Below, piece by piece: positions 42,140 to 58,649 of a DNA stretch of 64,000 bases. The notes under the pieces are model-generated. The model did no database searches, was not told where the DNA came from, and saw only the letters and a program-made list of their open reading frames with translations. Source of the stretch: the human T2T-CHM13v2.0 reference genome, Homo sapiens; NCBI RefSeq assembly GCF_009914755.1, contig NC_060947.1; one strand, written 5' to 3'. The first letter of the stretch is position 1. Every line of letters starts with the position of its first letter. The position numbers and the translations under genes were made by a program.

Positions 42140-43845
42140 GGAAGATTAGAGCCTTTTGCATGCCTCAGCCACCTGGAAATGGCAAAATAGTGCATAACAT
42201 CAACTCTGTGTGCTTTAATTCAAGAAGGAAAATGGGAATCCACTGGAATAGAGAAAGACAACTGAGATCCCAGAGAGGAGATCGTGGGCAAAGAGCCCCA
42301 ATGATGGCATCTGGCTGATAAAAGTAGGTGGAACCCCAGAATATGATAGAAGCAGAGAGTTTCTGGTATAATTTGCAGGTATGTCCCCATTTAAATCTCA
42401 CGTTGAAACATAGTAACATAATAGCTAATGTTGGAGGTGAGGCCTGGTAGAAGCTGATGGAATCCTGGAGCAGATTTCTCATGAATGATTTAATACTGTC
42501 CCCTTGGTACTGTCCTCGTGATATTTGGTGAGTTCTCATGATATCTGGTAATTTAAAAGGACATAGAATCTTTTCCTTTTCTCTTTCGCTTCTGCTCTGG
42601 ATATGTGCCATCTCTGCTTCCCCTTCACTTTTTATCAGAATTGTAAGTTTCCTCAGGCCTCCCAAGAAGCTGAGCAGATGCCAGCATCATGTTTCCTGTA
42701 CAGCCATCAGGACTATGAGCCATTTAAATCTGTTTATTTATAAATTACCCAGTTTCCTGCATTTCTTAGTAGCATTGTGAGAATACACTAATACAGCCTC
42801 TCTCTGTTACTCACCTTTACACTAGGGGTCTTAGCAAAAGAGGCCAAAATCAAGAACCTTGCTTCTCCTAATCACTGGAGTAAATGTGGGGAGAGCCTTG
42901 GAGACACTGAAAGTGAAAAACACTAGGAAAAGCTGCAGGATTTTTGCAACCTGAGATTGACAACAGAATGCTATTTTTAATCCAGGTGAATACAATGTAA
43001 GTCATTTTTTGGCAATCCTGCAGTATGGATGTGCAAGCATTTTAGATTTGGGCCAAAGATTGAAGTACTTGCTCTGGAGTGGGGCAGGAGCCTCCATAGC
43101 CAGAATTGTGGAAAGCTTCACAGCTGTATGCACTGAAATTGTGCTCTTCCTTGTTTCATGCCTGTGGCAGGAGTAGAGCTGCTGGAGCTGTGGTTTCTCT
43201 AGGGTGATGAGTGTTGCAGTCAAGGCCAGATTGCTGACCAGGAATTGGCCTGCATGTGTTATTGCTGGGTGCCCAAGCCTGCTTCCCTGAGATTGTGCAC
43301 AGCAGGACCTTCTCTACTCCAACAACAGGCAGAACTCTAGGGATGCAGAGCACCCACTTTCCTGGACAAACAGCCTGAGCCACCCCATCCTTCCTTTGCA
43401 TAAATTATGCTGCAGCAGGGAACTCTCTGCTCCATACACCAGCAGATCTCCAGGCATTTGGACAGAGACCATGGTGACATGTGTTCCACTCTGCTTCATG
43501 CCCAGGCAGATCTTCAGGCATTTGAAGTAACTTCTCATCCAGATCAGCAGCCTGATCAGCTCAAATCTTTCTGTGCAGAGATCTGGTGCAGGGAGACCCT
43601 CTTTGCTACATGCCCAGACATATCCTCAGTCATTTGGAGTGACTGCTCACCAAGATTGACAGTCTGAGCCACCCAACCAATCCTCAGCAGATTGTGGGGC
43701 AGTGAGGCCCCCTCCACTTGACCCCCAAGCATATCTACAATCATTCAGAACACCCACTTGCCTGGAGCAGCAGCCTGAGCCAAACCACCATCCTTGTGCA
43801 GAGAATGCAGTGCAGTGTGATCCTCTGCTTTCCATGTCCAGGCAG
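42140..43845 (+). mobile_element. L1 5' UTR (L1PA13-16/L1PREC2-like) with internal imperfect repeats
   Basis: 5' end GCATGCCTCAGCCACCTGGAAATGGCAAAATAGTG; repeated CCAGGCAGATCT / CAGCCTGAGCC units at 43350-43845. Confidence 0.75.
42364..42795 (+). mobile_element. MSTB-type solo LTR
   Basis: AAATCTCACGTTGAAA...GTTGGAGGTGAGGCCTGG...AGAAGCTGAGCAGATGCCAGCATCATG...CTAATACA. Confidence 0.85.
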
Positions 43846-44333
43846 AGAACCTGTCTCTGAGCTCTGAGATTCTTTGCTCAGCTTGGTCTATTCTGCTGTT
43901 AATACTTGCAATTGCATTATAAAAATTTTGTAGTGTGTTTTTCAGCTCTATCTTATCAATTTTATTCTTTCTTCCAATCATTATTTAATATATCAGCTGC
44001 CATATCATTTTACTGTAAACCTTAAATTCTTTGGATTGGGTTTCAGCTTTCTCCTGGATGTCTATTATCTTTATTTCTATTTATATTCTGAATTATATGT
44101 CTGTCATTTCAGCCATTTTAGCCCAGTTAATAACCCTTCCTGGGGAAATACTGTGGTTGTTTGGTGGAAAGAAGACATTCTGGGTTTTTGAGTTTACAGA
44201 GTTCTTGCACTGGTTCCTTCTCACCAGTGTGGGCTGATGTTGTTTCTATTGTGGTATAATTTTAGTACAGTCACTTGAGTTCTTATCTGGATATTTTTAG
44301 AGGGCCATGGCTTTGTGCAGAATCTTTATTTAG
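43846..44333 (-). mobile_element. Inverted L1 5' UTR end and ORF1 N-terminal half
   Basis: ORF 43745-43981 has INSRIDQAEQRISEL (ORF1 coiled coil); homologous to 29640-30120 in reverse. Confidence 0.85.
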
Positions 44334-45104
44334 GAAAAAATGAGTTAGTAATACTTAGTGATCTTTATTGTTGTTGGTGTAAAAAATGTTTGGGCTCACA
44401 CGAAACATGTAACCATAACAGATTTATTTCTGAAGATGTATCTCTTTTTCATATTGTTTCTCTGTGATTTGAACGGGGAATGTTGTGAGAGAAGATGCTA
44501 AAGGTAAAGCAAGGGTGTTATTTGAAAAAGGAGTGAAGAAAGTAATACTTTTATGTTCATCCTCCTGAGTTCAAACACTTTGTTTATAAGTATTTAAATT
44601 CAGTCATATTTTATTCAACTGCTGAGTGTTAGAAAATGAGCTAATCCACCGTATCTGGAACTGGATAGACCTATTTACTTCAGCAAATATTTAATTTGTA
44701 ACATGCTGCATTTTGCTGGATATAAAAGTGGATGAGGTTAAATTCTTTGTCATCTAGCAGCTTCCATTTTGGTTTGTGGAGACTGAATTATACCATCCTA
44801 CTATCCACTTCCCTCTAATACATTTTCTACTTAATGCACAACAAGTGAACCACTGTGGTTCCTGGGAGAATAAATATTCTAGAGTATGCTTTGGCAGGTA
44901 TACATATACTTCTCTAGGTACACAGCAGAAAAAAAGTAAAACAGGTACTATCAGATTTTATGTCATTCTGATGTGTCTGTACTTATTTAAAGGAAAATGT
45001 TCAAATATAACATGTCATTCTGAGAAAAACCATTGCCATATAATTTAAAGAAAGCATTTTAGTAAGTAATATTCTTTTATAAGAGAAGCAACACATCTGG
45101 TATA

Positions 45105-45710
45105 GAATTGTGTGGACAATCTACTGAATAAAAGAAAATATTTGCAAACCATATACCTGATAAGGACATAGTATTTATAACGTATAACAAACTCCAACAA
45201 CTCAACTATACAAAAACAGATAATCCAATTAAAAAGTGGAGAGGTAAACTGAAGAGATACTTCTCCAAGAAGATAAGGAAATGACAAAATTCACATGGAA
45301 AGGTGCTCAACATCATTAGTCATCAGGGAAATGCAAATTAAAATCACAATGAGATGATACTTTACACCTACTATGATGGCTATAATCAAAAGTCAGACAA
45401 TAAGGATGTTGATGAGGGTGTGGAGAAATTAGAACTTTTGTGCATTGCTGGTGGGGATGTAAAATTGTGGAGCCAAGATGGAAAACTTGAAGTTTCTCAA
45501 ATGGTAAAACATGGAGTCAGAGTATGACCCAGCAATCCCACTCTCAAAAATATACCCAATAGAATTGAAAACATCACTCAACACCAAAATTTGTACAATA
45601 ATGTTCAAAGCTTGTTTGGTTTATTCATAATAGCCAAACAGTGGACACACTCCAAAAGCTCATTTACTGGAGAGACATGATCAAGATGGCACAATAGGAG
45701 TTTACTGGTT
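45105..45710 (+). mobile_element. L1MB-type ORF2 3' fragment
   Basis: GCTCAACATCATTAGTCATCAGGGAAATGCAAATTAAAA and TATGACCCAGCAATCCCACT. Confidence 0.8.
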
Positions 45711-45819
45711 CCAGTCCCACTCACAGAAATCCAACCAGCAAGTATCTGCATACAAAAATATAATAATACATTCATAAATAGCCCAGTACTCAGGAATGAG
45801 GTTAACACACCATCATGGT

Positions 45820-47990
45820 TTGCAGAGTTTTTACCCCATTTTTCCCCTCTTAACACATTGAATATATTATCCCAATTTATCTTGGCCTGAAAAGACATCT
45901 GCCAAGGAATCTGCTGATAGAGTTATAAAGGTTCCCTTGTATGTGATGAGGAACTTTTCACTTGCCACTTTCAAAATTTTCTTTATTTTTTGTCTTTGAT
46001 ATTTGATACTTTTATTGTAACTCGTCTCAGTGAGAACATCTTTATGTTCAACCTATTTGGAATTCTTGGGCTTTCATAGTTTCGGTCTCACAGGGTCTCA
46101 TCCAGGTTTTGGAAAATATTTAAAAATCATTATTTTAAAAAACATGCTTTGTAGCTCTTTCTCTTTCTCTGCTATTTGGGGAGTGCTTATAATATGAAAG
46201 TTTGTTTTCTTGATGTTGTTTCTTTTTTTTTTTTTTTTTTGAGACGGAGTCTTGTTCTTTCGCCCAGGCCGGAGTGCAGTGGCGCTATCTCGGCTCACTG
46301 CAAGCTCCGCCTCCCGGGTTCATGCCATTCTCCTGCCTCAGCCTCCGAGTAGCTGGGACTACAGGCGCCTGCCACCGCGCCCGGCTAATTTTTTGTATTT
46401 TTAGTAGAGACGGGGTTTCACCGTGTTAGCCAGCCCCCGTGCCCGGCCTTGATGTTGTTTCTTAAGTCCTATAGGTCCCCATTCTGATTTTCTTTCTTTT
46501 TGTTGCTGTTCCTTTGACGATAATTTCAAGTGATCTTTCTTTGAGTTCGCTGATTTTTAGTTCTGTTTCATTGAGTCTACTGTACAAGCTGCATATTGAC
46601 ATTTTAAGTTCAGACATTTTACTCTTCATCTCCAGAATTTACTTTAGTAATCTCTGTTTCTTTCTTCAACATATTGTTTTGCTCATGTACTGTTTTTCTG
46701 CTTTATTTAGTTATCTATTGGTGGTTTTTATAGCTCACTTTACTTCAAGATAATTATTTTAATAATATTTAAGGTAATTTATAGATCTCCATTTCATTAG
46801 AGCCAGCCCTTGTGGCTTTATTTTGTTCCTTTAATGCTGTCATGTTTCCTTCATGCTTTGTGGTCCTTGAAGCCTTGCATTTCTGTTTTCTTTTTTTTTC
46901 ATTTATAGTTGTATTCACCTTTGGAAGTCTTTACTGACTGGATTTGGGAGAGAAAGACCTTCACCAGTCAGGATTGCTAGACATTCTGAGGCATCTCTCA
47001 GACTTTGTTTTTTTTCTGCATGTGACAACTCAACTCGTCTTGTTGAATTTTAGAAAAATAATTCATAGTATTGTGTGTTTTATATTGACCCCACAAAATC
47101 AGGCCAGATGCTTACAACCTCCTATTTATTTTCCTTAGGAAGTTGTCCTCAAATGTTCAACAGTGTACCCCTTCACCCAATCCAGCAGAATAGAGCAAGA
47201 TAATGATATCTACACCTGCTTTTGAGCTCTGTGTGCTATTGGAGAAGTCTTGTACATGCCCTCTGTAGAAATAACATGGGGCACTGTGCACCAGGGCATG
47301 TGGGGTGCTGGTCATGGTGGCATAGAGAATGATGGTGGCATATGTAAACTGATTGTGGGATTCTGCAGGTGTGTTGTTTTGTAGGGTTTATGGAAAAGCT
47401 TCTTAGTGGAGTTTACAGGTCAGTTGACAAGATCCATAGTTAGCTGCTGTGATTCACACATAGGTTGCTATTAGCTCCAGGCCTTTCATCTTGCTCCTAA
47501 CTTCCCCCAGAGAATTCAGAGGTACCAATCCCCTCAGTACTCTGGGTGGGATAAGACATAATCAGGCCTCCTGATAAGCATCCTGCAAATCTGGGCACAC
47601 CAGGTGTTCACTTCACTCTCACTTTCTCCTGTGGGAGAAATTATAGATTGAGGGGGCCTCTCTCAGTAGCAAGCTGTGTTGCCTTGGTTGACAGCTGTTG
47701 TGGGTAAAATGAAACTGTTCTTCTTATCATCTTCAATTTGAAGGGGCTTCTCTTGAGACTGATCTCTAATGCCTCAGGGGAAGAGCGTTTTAGGTAAAAT
47801 GAAACTACTTTTTTTTACCCTCTTCAACATATCCACTCTTAGATATTTTGCTCACCAGGGTGCTGTAACCTCTCACCTGAACTCTGGGGCTTCCACAAGG
47901 TTATTCTCATCTGTGAGTGGTTGGAAAATTGGCATTTCTGTAGAATAGAAATGAGAACTGAAACCTGCTATTCCACCATACTGCTAACAT
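45820..47990 (-). mobile_element. Old L1M 5' UTR and ORF1 fragment
   Basis: GAATCTGCTGATAG...GGTTCCCTTGTATGTGA (ORF1, reverse); 5' terminus-like TGCTATTCCACCATACTGCTAACAT at ~47965-47990. Confidence 0.7.
46225..46448 (-). mobile_element. Young AluY (AluYk-like) with a ~70-bp deletion in the left arm
   Basis: CpG-rich; GAGATAGCGCC and TCCGGCCTGGGCGAAAG variants. Perfect TSD TTGATGTTGTTTCTT at 46210-46224 and 46449-46463. Confidence 0.95.
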
Positions 47991-48306
47991 AACTGGAGTA
48001 ACATGTTGGAACTTGGGTACTCTCAACACATAATTGTACGTCCAGTGAAAATGACCTTAGAAATAAAGATGAGAAAAGATATTCTCACATGAAAGGAGTC
48101 TAAGAGAATTTTTTTTATCAGCAGTTTTTCTCTAAAAGAGAGATGTTAAAGAAAGTTCTTCATATGAGAGGGCAATGATATCGGGGGACACTTGGCACAT
48201 CAAAAATAAAGATTAACAGGAACAGTAAGTATCTGAGTAAATGTATTAGTCTAATCCCCTGTTAAGTTCTAAGAAATAGGTATGACAGGTTAAAGCAAAG
48301 TATGTA

Positions 48307-48672
48307 CAGTAATCCTCCCTTATTACCAAGGGATATGTTCTAAGACCTGCAGTAGATGCATAAAACCACAGATAATACTGAACTCTCTATATATGCTATG
48401 TATTTTCAACCTGATAATCAACACAGCTATCGAGTGACTAATGAACAGGTAGCATATACATCATAGATATGTTATAAAAAGGGGCAATTTATATCCTTGC
48501 TGAAATAGAGCAGGATGACACAAGGTTTCATCACGCTACTCAGAACGACACACAATTTAAAACTTGTGTACTATTTCCTTCTGGAATTTTCCACTTAATA
48601 TTTTCAGACTATAGTTGACCACAGGTCATTGAAACTGTAAAAAGCAAAACTGCGTATAAAAGGAGACTACTG
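48307..48672. mobile_element. MER44A-like Tigger7-derived MITE, inside old L1 sequence (~48000-48970)
   Basis: TIRs CAGTAATCCTCCCTTAT / ATAAAAGGAGACTACTG with left TA; internal TTTCATCACGCTACTCAGAACG. Confidence 0.88.
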
Positions 48673-49549
48673 TTACATTGATGAATTTTCAGTGTATGTA
48701 CAGGTAATACATATGACAAATACAACAGAAAGGGATAATTGTAAAGGGGCTTATTTTATGATAAACTGTCTACATTCCACTTGAAGTGGTAAAATATTTA
48801 TTAAGTTGACTCTACAAAGTCTTTATATTTTAAACTCTAGAGCAACCATTAATAAAATCATAGACATAGTAAAAAATTTAATAGGTAAAATATTAAAAAT
48901 ATTCAAATAATCTTCCCCAAAAAACAGGAAAGGCAAAAAGAAAGAATAAAAATTATGGGAGCAATCAGAAAATGCATGCTGTAGGAATGAACTTCAGTTC
49001 TATTTTAACGACTTTAGTATTCCAAAGGAGTTTAGCATCATTGAAAATCTAAAGGATAAAACTAAGTACATTGGGACCACTGCTTCTTAGTTTCCTTTTA
49101 GTCAACATGATGCATTTCACAGCTTTTTAAAACTGCTAATTTAGACGTCAAAAATTGGGTCAGAATTCTTACTGCATCAATTTTATCACAAGATTTAAAT
49201 TGGCTTCATTCAAATTTCTGCCATTACATTGCAATAGTAAGAGCAAGTTTTTAGGTTTTCACTTTTACTGTTTAATATTTATTTACAGCCTTGGGTTTGT
49301 GTAGACTTACTAGAGGCTTACTGAGAAGTAAATGCCATTACGTATAACTAAAATGGGCTGTTATCCAGGTAAACCTAGAATGGAATAACAGAGAAGAAAT
49401 TTTCAAAATGATCTCATTTTTTCCAATCCCTCTGCAGAACCTTCCACACAAACACTCACAATTTATTTTGTAGTGAGAAGAAAACAGAAGCTAAGATAAA
49501 GGGGGTATTAGCCAAATATTCAAGGCTAGGAAGTGACAGGACCCAAAAG

Positions 49550-54414
<4,865 letters not shown>

Positions 54415-55065
54415 TGGGGCCTATTTCCTATTTTTGAAATATGCCAGAATATTCTTTCCTTCTTAACAAGGACTGCACTCAGGAGAAACTGTTTTACCTG
54501 AACTTAAGCTGCTTCTGTTTCATCAGAGTCTAACCTAACTGAGAGGAAAGCCTTTAAATGTCTCATTACTAGACTAGACCCAGTTGAGGAAACAATCTTT
54601 GAGCTTAATTATATAGCAAAAGAAACTTCCTAAATTTAAAAGAAAAGAAAAGAAAGAAAATCAGAACAGAACATCCACAAATGCTGGGGCAACTGCAAAA
54701 TGTGTAACATTGATTGTGCAATGTAAAGGCCAGAAGCAGAAGACAGAAAAAACAGAACAAATATTGGAAGAAATAATGACTGATAACTTCTCCAAATTAA
54801 TGTAATACGTCAAACCATAGATCCAGGAAGCTAAGAAAAAATCAAACAGAATAAGTTGAAAACAACAGCAGCAAACTATGCACCTAAACATATCATATTC
54901 AAACTGCATAAAATAAAATAAATGATAAAGGAAAAAAATCCTTAAAGAAGCCAGAGGAAAAAAATTATCTTACCTATAGAGGAGTAAGGATAAGTAAGAA
55001 ATCTGACTTCTCAGAAACCATGCAAGCAAAAAGAGAAGATGGAGTGCTGTATTTAAAGTACTGAA

Positions 55066-55750
55066 ATAAAATATATATTTTTATTTTATAAATATATAAA
55101 TATATATTTTATTATATATAATAAACATATGTTTTTATTATATATAATATATTATTATATATAATATATTTATTTATATAATAAAATATATTTATTATAT
55201 ATAATATATATTTTACTATATATAGGATATATATAGTAAAATATATAGAATAAAAAATAATTTTATATTTAACTTATTCATTCTCTGATGATCTTTTTTT
55301 TTTATGTAGACTTAACTTTCTCACCTATATAATTATCCTGCTCCCTAAATAACTTATTTAACAGTTTCTTGCGAGGCATGTCTACTGGCAGGAAGTTTCT
55401 ATTTGTGTTTGTCTGAGAAAGTCTTTATTTCTCCTTCATTTTTGAAAGATATCACCAGGTACAGAATTCTAGATAAGTGTATATATATACACACACATAT
55501 ATATAATTATATATAATATATGATATAAATATATATCTTTATTATATATAATAACATATATAAATACACTTATCTAGAATAATAGATATTAAAAAATATA
55601 TTCTATATTATATAGAATATATACTAAAATGTATATTATATACTATAGAATATCTATTATATAACAAAATATACATTCTATGTAATATCTATTATATAAT
55701 AAAATATACATTCTATATAATATCTATTATGTATAATAAAATATATAGAT
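55066..55750. repeat. Two AT-rich low-complexity blocks (55066-55262, 55480-55750) with palindromes and ~35-bp tandem units
   Basis: 20-bp stem with 3-nt loop at 55205-55247. 17-bp inverted repeat at 55466-55482 / 55564-55580. Repeated ATATCTATTATATAA.AAAATATACATTCTAT units. Confidence 0.9.
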
Positions 55751-56749
55751 AAAAGCTACCTGACTTCAAACTATCTTGCCCATTTTTAAATTTTTTTTTT
55801 GTATTGTAGAGTTGTAAGCATTTTTTTGTACATTTTGGTAACAGTGCTTTATCTAACATGTATCTTTCAACAAATATTTTCTCTGCATTCTGTAGATTAT
55901 CTTCTCATCTCCTTTATAGTGTCTTTTGCAAAGCAGAAATTTGTAATTTTTAATGAAGTCTGGCTTATACATTTTTTTCCTTCATGGATTGTGACTTTGG
56001 TTTTGTATCTAGAAAGTTATTATTATACCTCTGTTCGTCTAGATTTTCTGCTATGTTACCCTCTAGGAGTTATATAGTTTGCATTATATATTTAGGTCCG
56101 TGATGCATTTTCAGTTAATTTTTGTGAAAAGTATGAGGTCTGTGTCTAGATTATTATTTTTTGTTTGCATGTAGATATCCAGATGTTCCAGCACTATTTG
56201 TTAAAACGATTATATTTGCTCTATTATATTGTTTTTTCATTTGTGTTGGAGGTCAACTGACTGTATTCACGTATGTCCTTTTCCAGGCTCTCTATTATGT
56301 TCCATTGGTCTATTTGTCTAGTCATTTGTGAATATCACTGTCTTGATTATTATAACTTTATAGGAAGTTTTGAAGTTAGGTAGTGTCAGTAGTCATATTT
56401 GTTCCTTTTTTAATATCAAGTTGGGTATTCTGGGTCTTTTGCCTTTCCATATAAACCTTAGAGTCAGTTTTTTCATAACCAAAAAATAATTTTCTGGGAT
56501 TTTGATATGGAGTCGCCTTATGTCTCCTTCAAACTTGGCCTGCTGAGTAGCTGCAATTATAAGTGGATGCCATCAGGCCTTGCCATTGTTGAAATTTTGA
56601 ATGGGATGGCATTGAATCTAGAGATAAATTTAGGAATAATGGACATCTTTAAGATATTGAGTCTTTCTGTTTATGAACACGTACTATCTCATTCATTTAG
56701 CTCTTCCTTTATATCTATGAGATATAAGGATAACGTAACATGTAAAGAT

Positions 56750-57797
56750 CCTACCATTGACTTTCTTCACAGAATTAGGAAAAACTACTTTAAATATCAT
56801 ATGGAACCAAAAAAGAGTCTGTAGAGCCAAGACAATCCTAAGCAAAAAGAACACAGCTGGAGGCATCATGCTACCTGACTTCAAACTATACTACAAGGCT
56901 ACAGTAACAAAAACAGCATGGTACTTGTACCAAAACAGATATATAGACCAATGGAACAAAACAGAGGCCTCAGAAATAACACCACATATTTAAAACCATC
57001 TGATCTTTGACAAACCTGACAAAAAGAAGCAATGGGGAAAAGATTCCCTATTTAATAAATGGTGTTGGGAAAACTAGCTAGCCATATGCAGAAAATTGAA
57101 ACCGGACCCCTTCATTACACCTTACACAAAAATCAACTCAAGATGGATCAAAGACTTAAACGTAAGACCTAGGACCATAAAAATCCCAGTAGAAAACCTG
57201 GTCAATACCATTCAGGATGTAGGTATGGGCAAATACTTCATGTCGAAAACACCAAAAGCAATGGCAACAAAAGCCAAAATTGACAAATGGGATCTAATGA
57301 AACTAAAGACCTTCTGCACAGCAAAAGAAACTATCATCAGAGCGAATAGGGAATCTACAGAATGGGAGAAAATTTTTGCAATCTCTCCATCTGACAAAGG
57401 GCTAATATCCAGAATCTACAAAGAACTTACACAAATTTACAAGAAAAAAACAACCCCATCAAAAAGTGGGCAAAGGATATGAACAGACACTTCTCAAAAG
57501 AAGACATTTATGCAGCCAGCAGACATATAAAAAAATGTTCATCATCGCTGGTCATTAGAGAAATGCAAATCAAAACCACAATGAGATACCGTCTCACATC
57601 TGTTAGATGGGATTACTGGGTCAAATGGTATTCTAGTTCTAGATCCTTGAGGAATCACCACATTGTCTTCCACAATGGTTGAACTAATTTACACTCCCAC
57701 CAACAGTGTAAAAACATTCCTATTTCTCCACATCCTCATCAGCATCTGTTGTTTCCTGACTTTTTAATGATTGCCATTCTAACTGGCGTGAGATGGT
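56750..57797 (+). mobile_element. L1PA7-like ORF2 fragment with an inverted distal segment (57608-57797, minus) and no 3' UTR or poly(A)
   Basis: ORFs 56757-56993 and 57096-57482; strand switch after CTCACATCTGTTAGA. Confidence 0.9.
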
Positions 57798-58004
57798 AAG
57801 ACTTGTAAATTAGGCAAAACTATAAAGATAGTAAAATGATCAGTGTTTGTAAGAGGTTGGAGGAAGGATGAGATTAATTGGCATATCACATTAAGAATTC
57901 CAAGGAAGTAAAACTCTACTGTATAATTCTACAATATCAGATACAATTCTAATTCATATATTTGATATGCATACATTTGGCAAAACCAACAGAATGGACA
58001 ACAC

Positions 58005-58416
58005 TATTATGGACTGAATTGTATTAGCTGCAAAGTTCAATATTTTAAGCCCTAGTCTCTATTATACTGTATTTAGAGATAGTTTATTTAATAAGGTAAT
58101 TAAAGTTAAATGAGGTCTTAAGAGTGAGGCTTAAATATGATAGGATTGATGTCTTTATAATAAGAGAAGGAGGCACCATATTTATATCTTTGTTTCTCTC
58201 TCTCTTTCTCCATGCAGTCACAGAGAAAAAAGCCATGTGAGGACACAGTGAGAAGCTGCTATCTGCAAGCTGAGAAGAGAAACATCACTAGAAACCATCC
58301 CTGCTGGCACTTGATCTTGACTTTCAGCTTTCAGAACTTTGAGAAAATAAATGTGTGTCGCTTAAGCCAGTTCATCTTTAGTTATTTTGTTATGTCAGCC
58401 TGAGCAGAATTAGACA
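58005..58416 (+). mobile_element. MLT1B-type solo LTR
   Basis: TTATGGACTGAATTGT start; CCATGTGAGGACACAGTGAGAAG; TSD-like AACAC / AATAC. Confidence 0.85.
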
Positions 58417-58649
58417 AATACTAATAGTAAACTATAAGGTAAACTGTAGGCTTTGGGTAATGACGTGTCAATAGATTTATCAATTGTAACAAATGTATCA
58501 CTGTGATGTGGGACATTGATAGAGCAGGATGTTGTGCATGTGTGGGCTGTGTGGGAGCAAATCATATATGGGAATTCTCTTAACATTCTATTGAATTTTT
58601 CTAAGAACTTACAACTGATCTAAAAATAAAGTCTGTTTTTTTAAAAAAT

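Larger units (their letters stand above)
54420..58645. mobile_element. Rearranged L1MC-like element: ORF1 (+) 54420-55068, inverted ORF1 end 55265-55480, inverted ORF2 55775-56720, 3' UTR (+) 57800-58645
   Basis: L1 motifs switch strand at these points; 3' end ...CTAAAAATAAAGTCTGTTTTTTAAAA. Confidence 0.7.

Noticed and set aside
43350-43845. Imperfect ~60-130 bp repeats that could look like an array
   Set aside because: Degenerate internal repeats of an L1 5' UTR with no unique spacers.
49405-49440. Strong-looking + strand splice acceptor (TTTTTTCCAATCCCTCTGCAG)
   Set aside because: No convincing paired donor or open frame; such motifs are common by chance.
56505-56585. Possible degenerate Alu monomer inside L1MC
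   Set aside because: Only weak similarity (CTGAGTAGCTGCAATTATA); too diverged to call without a search.
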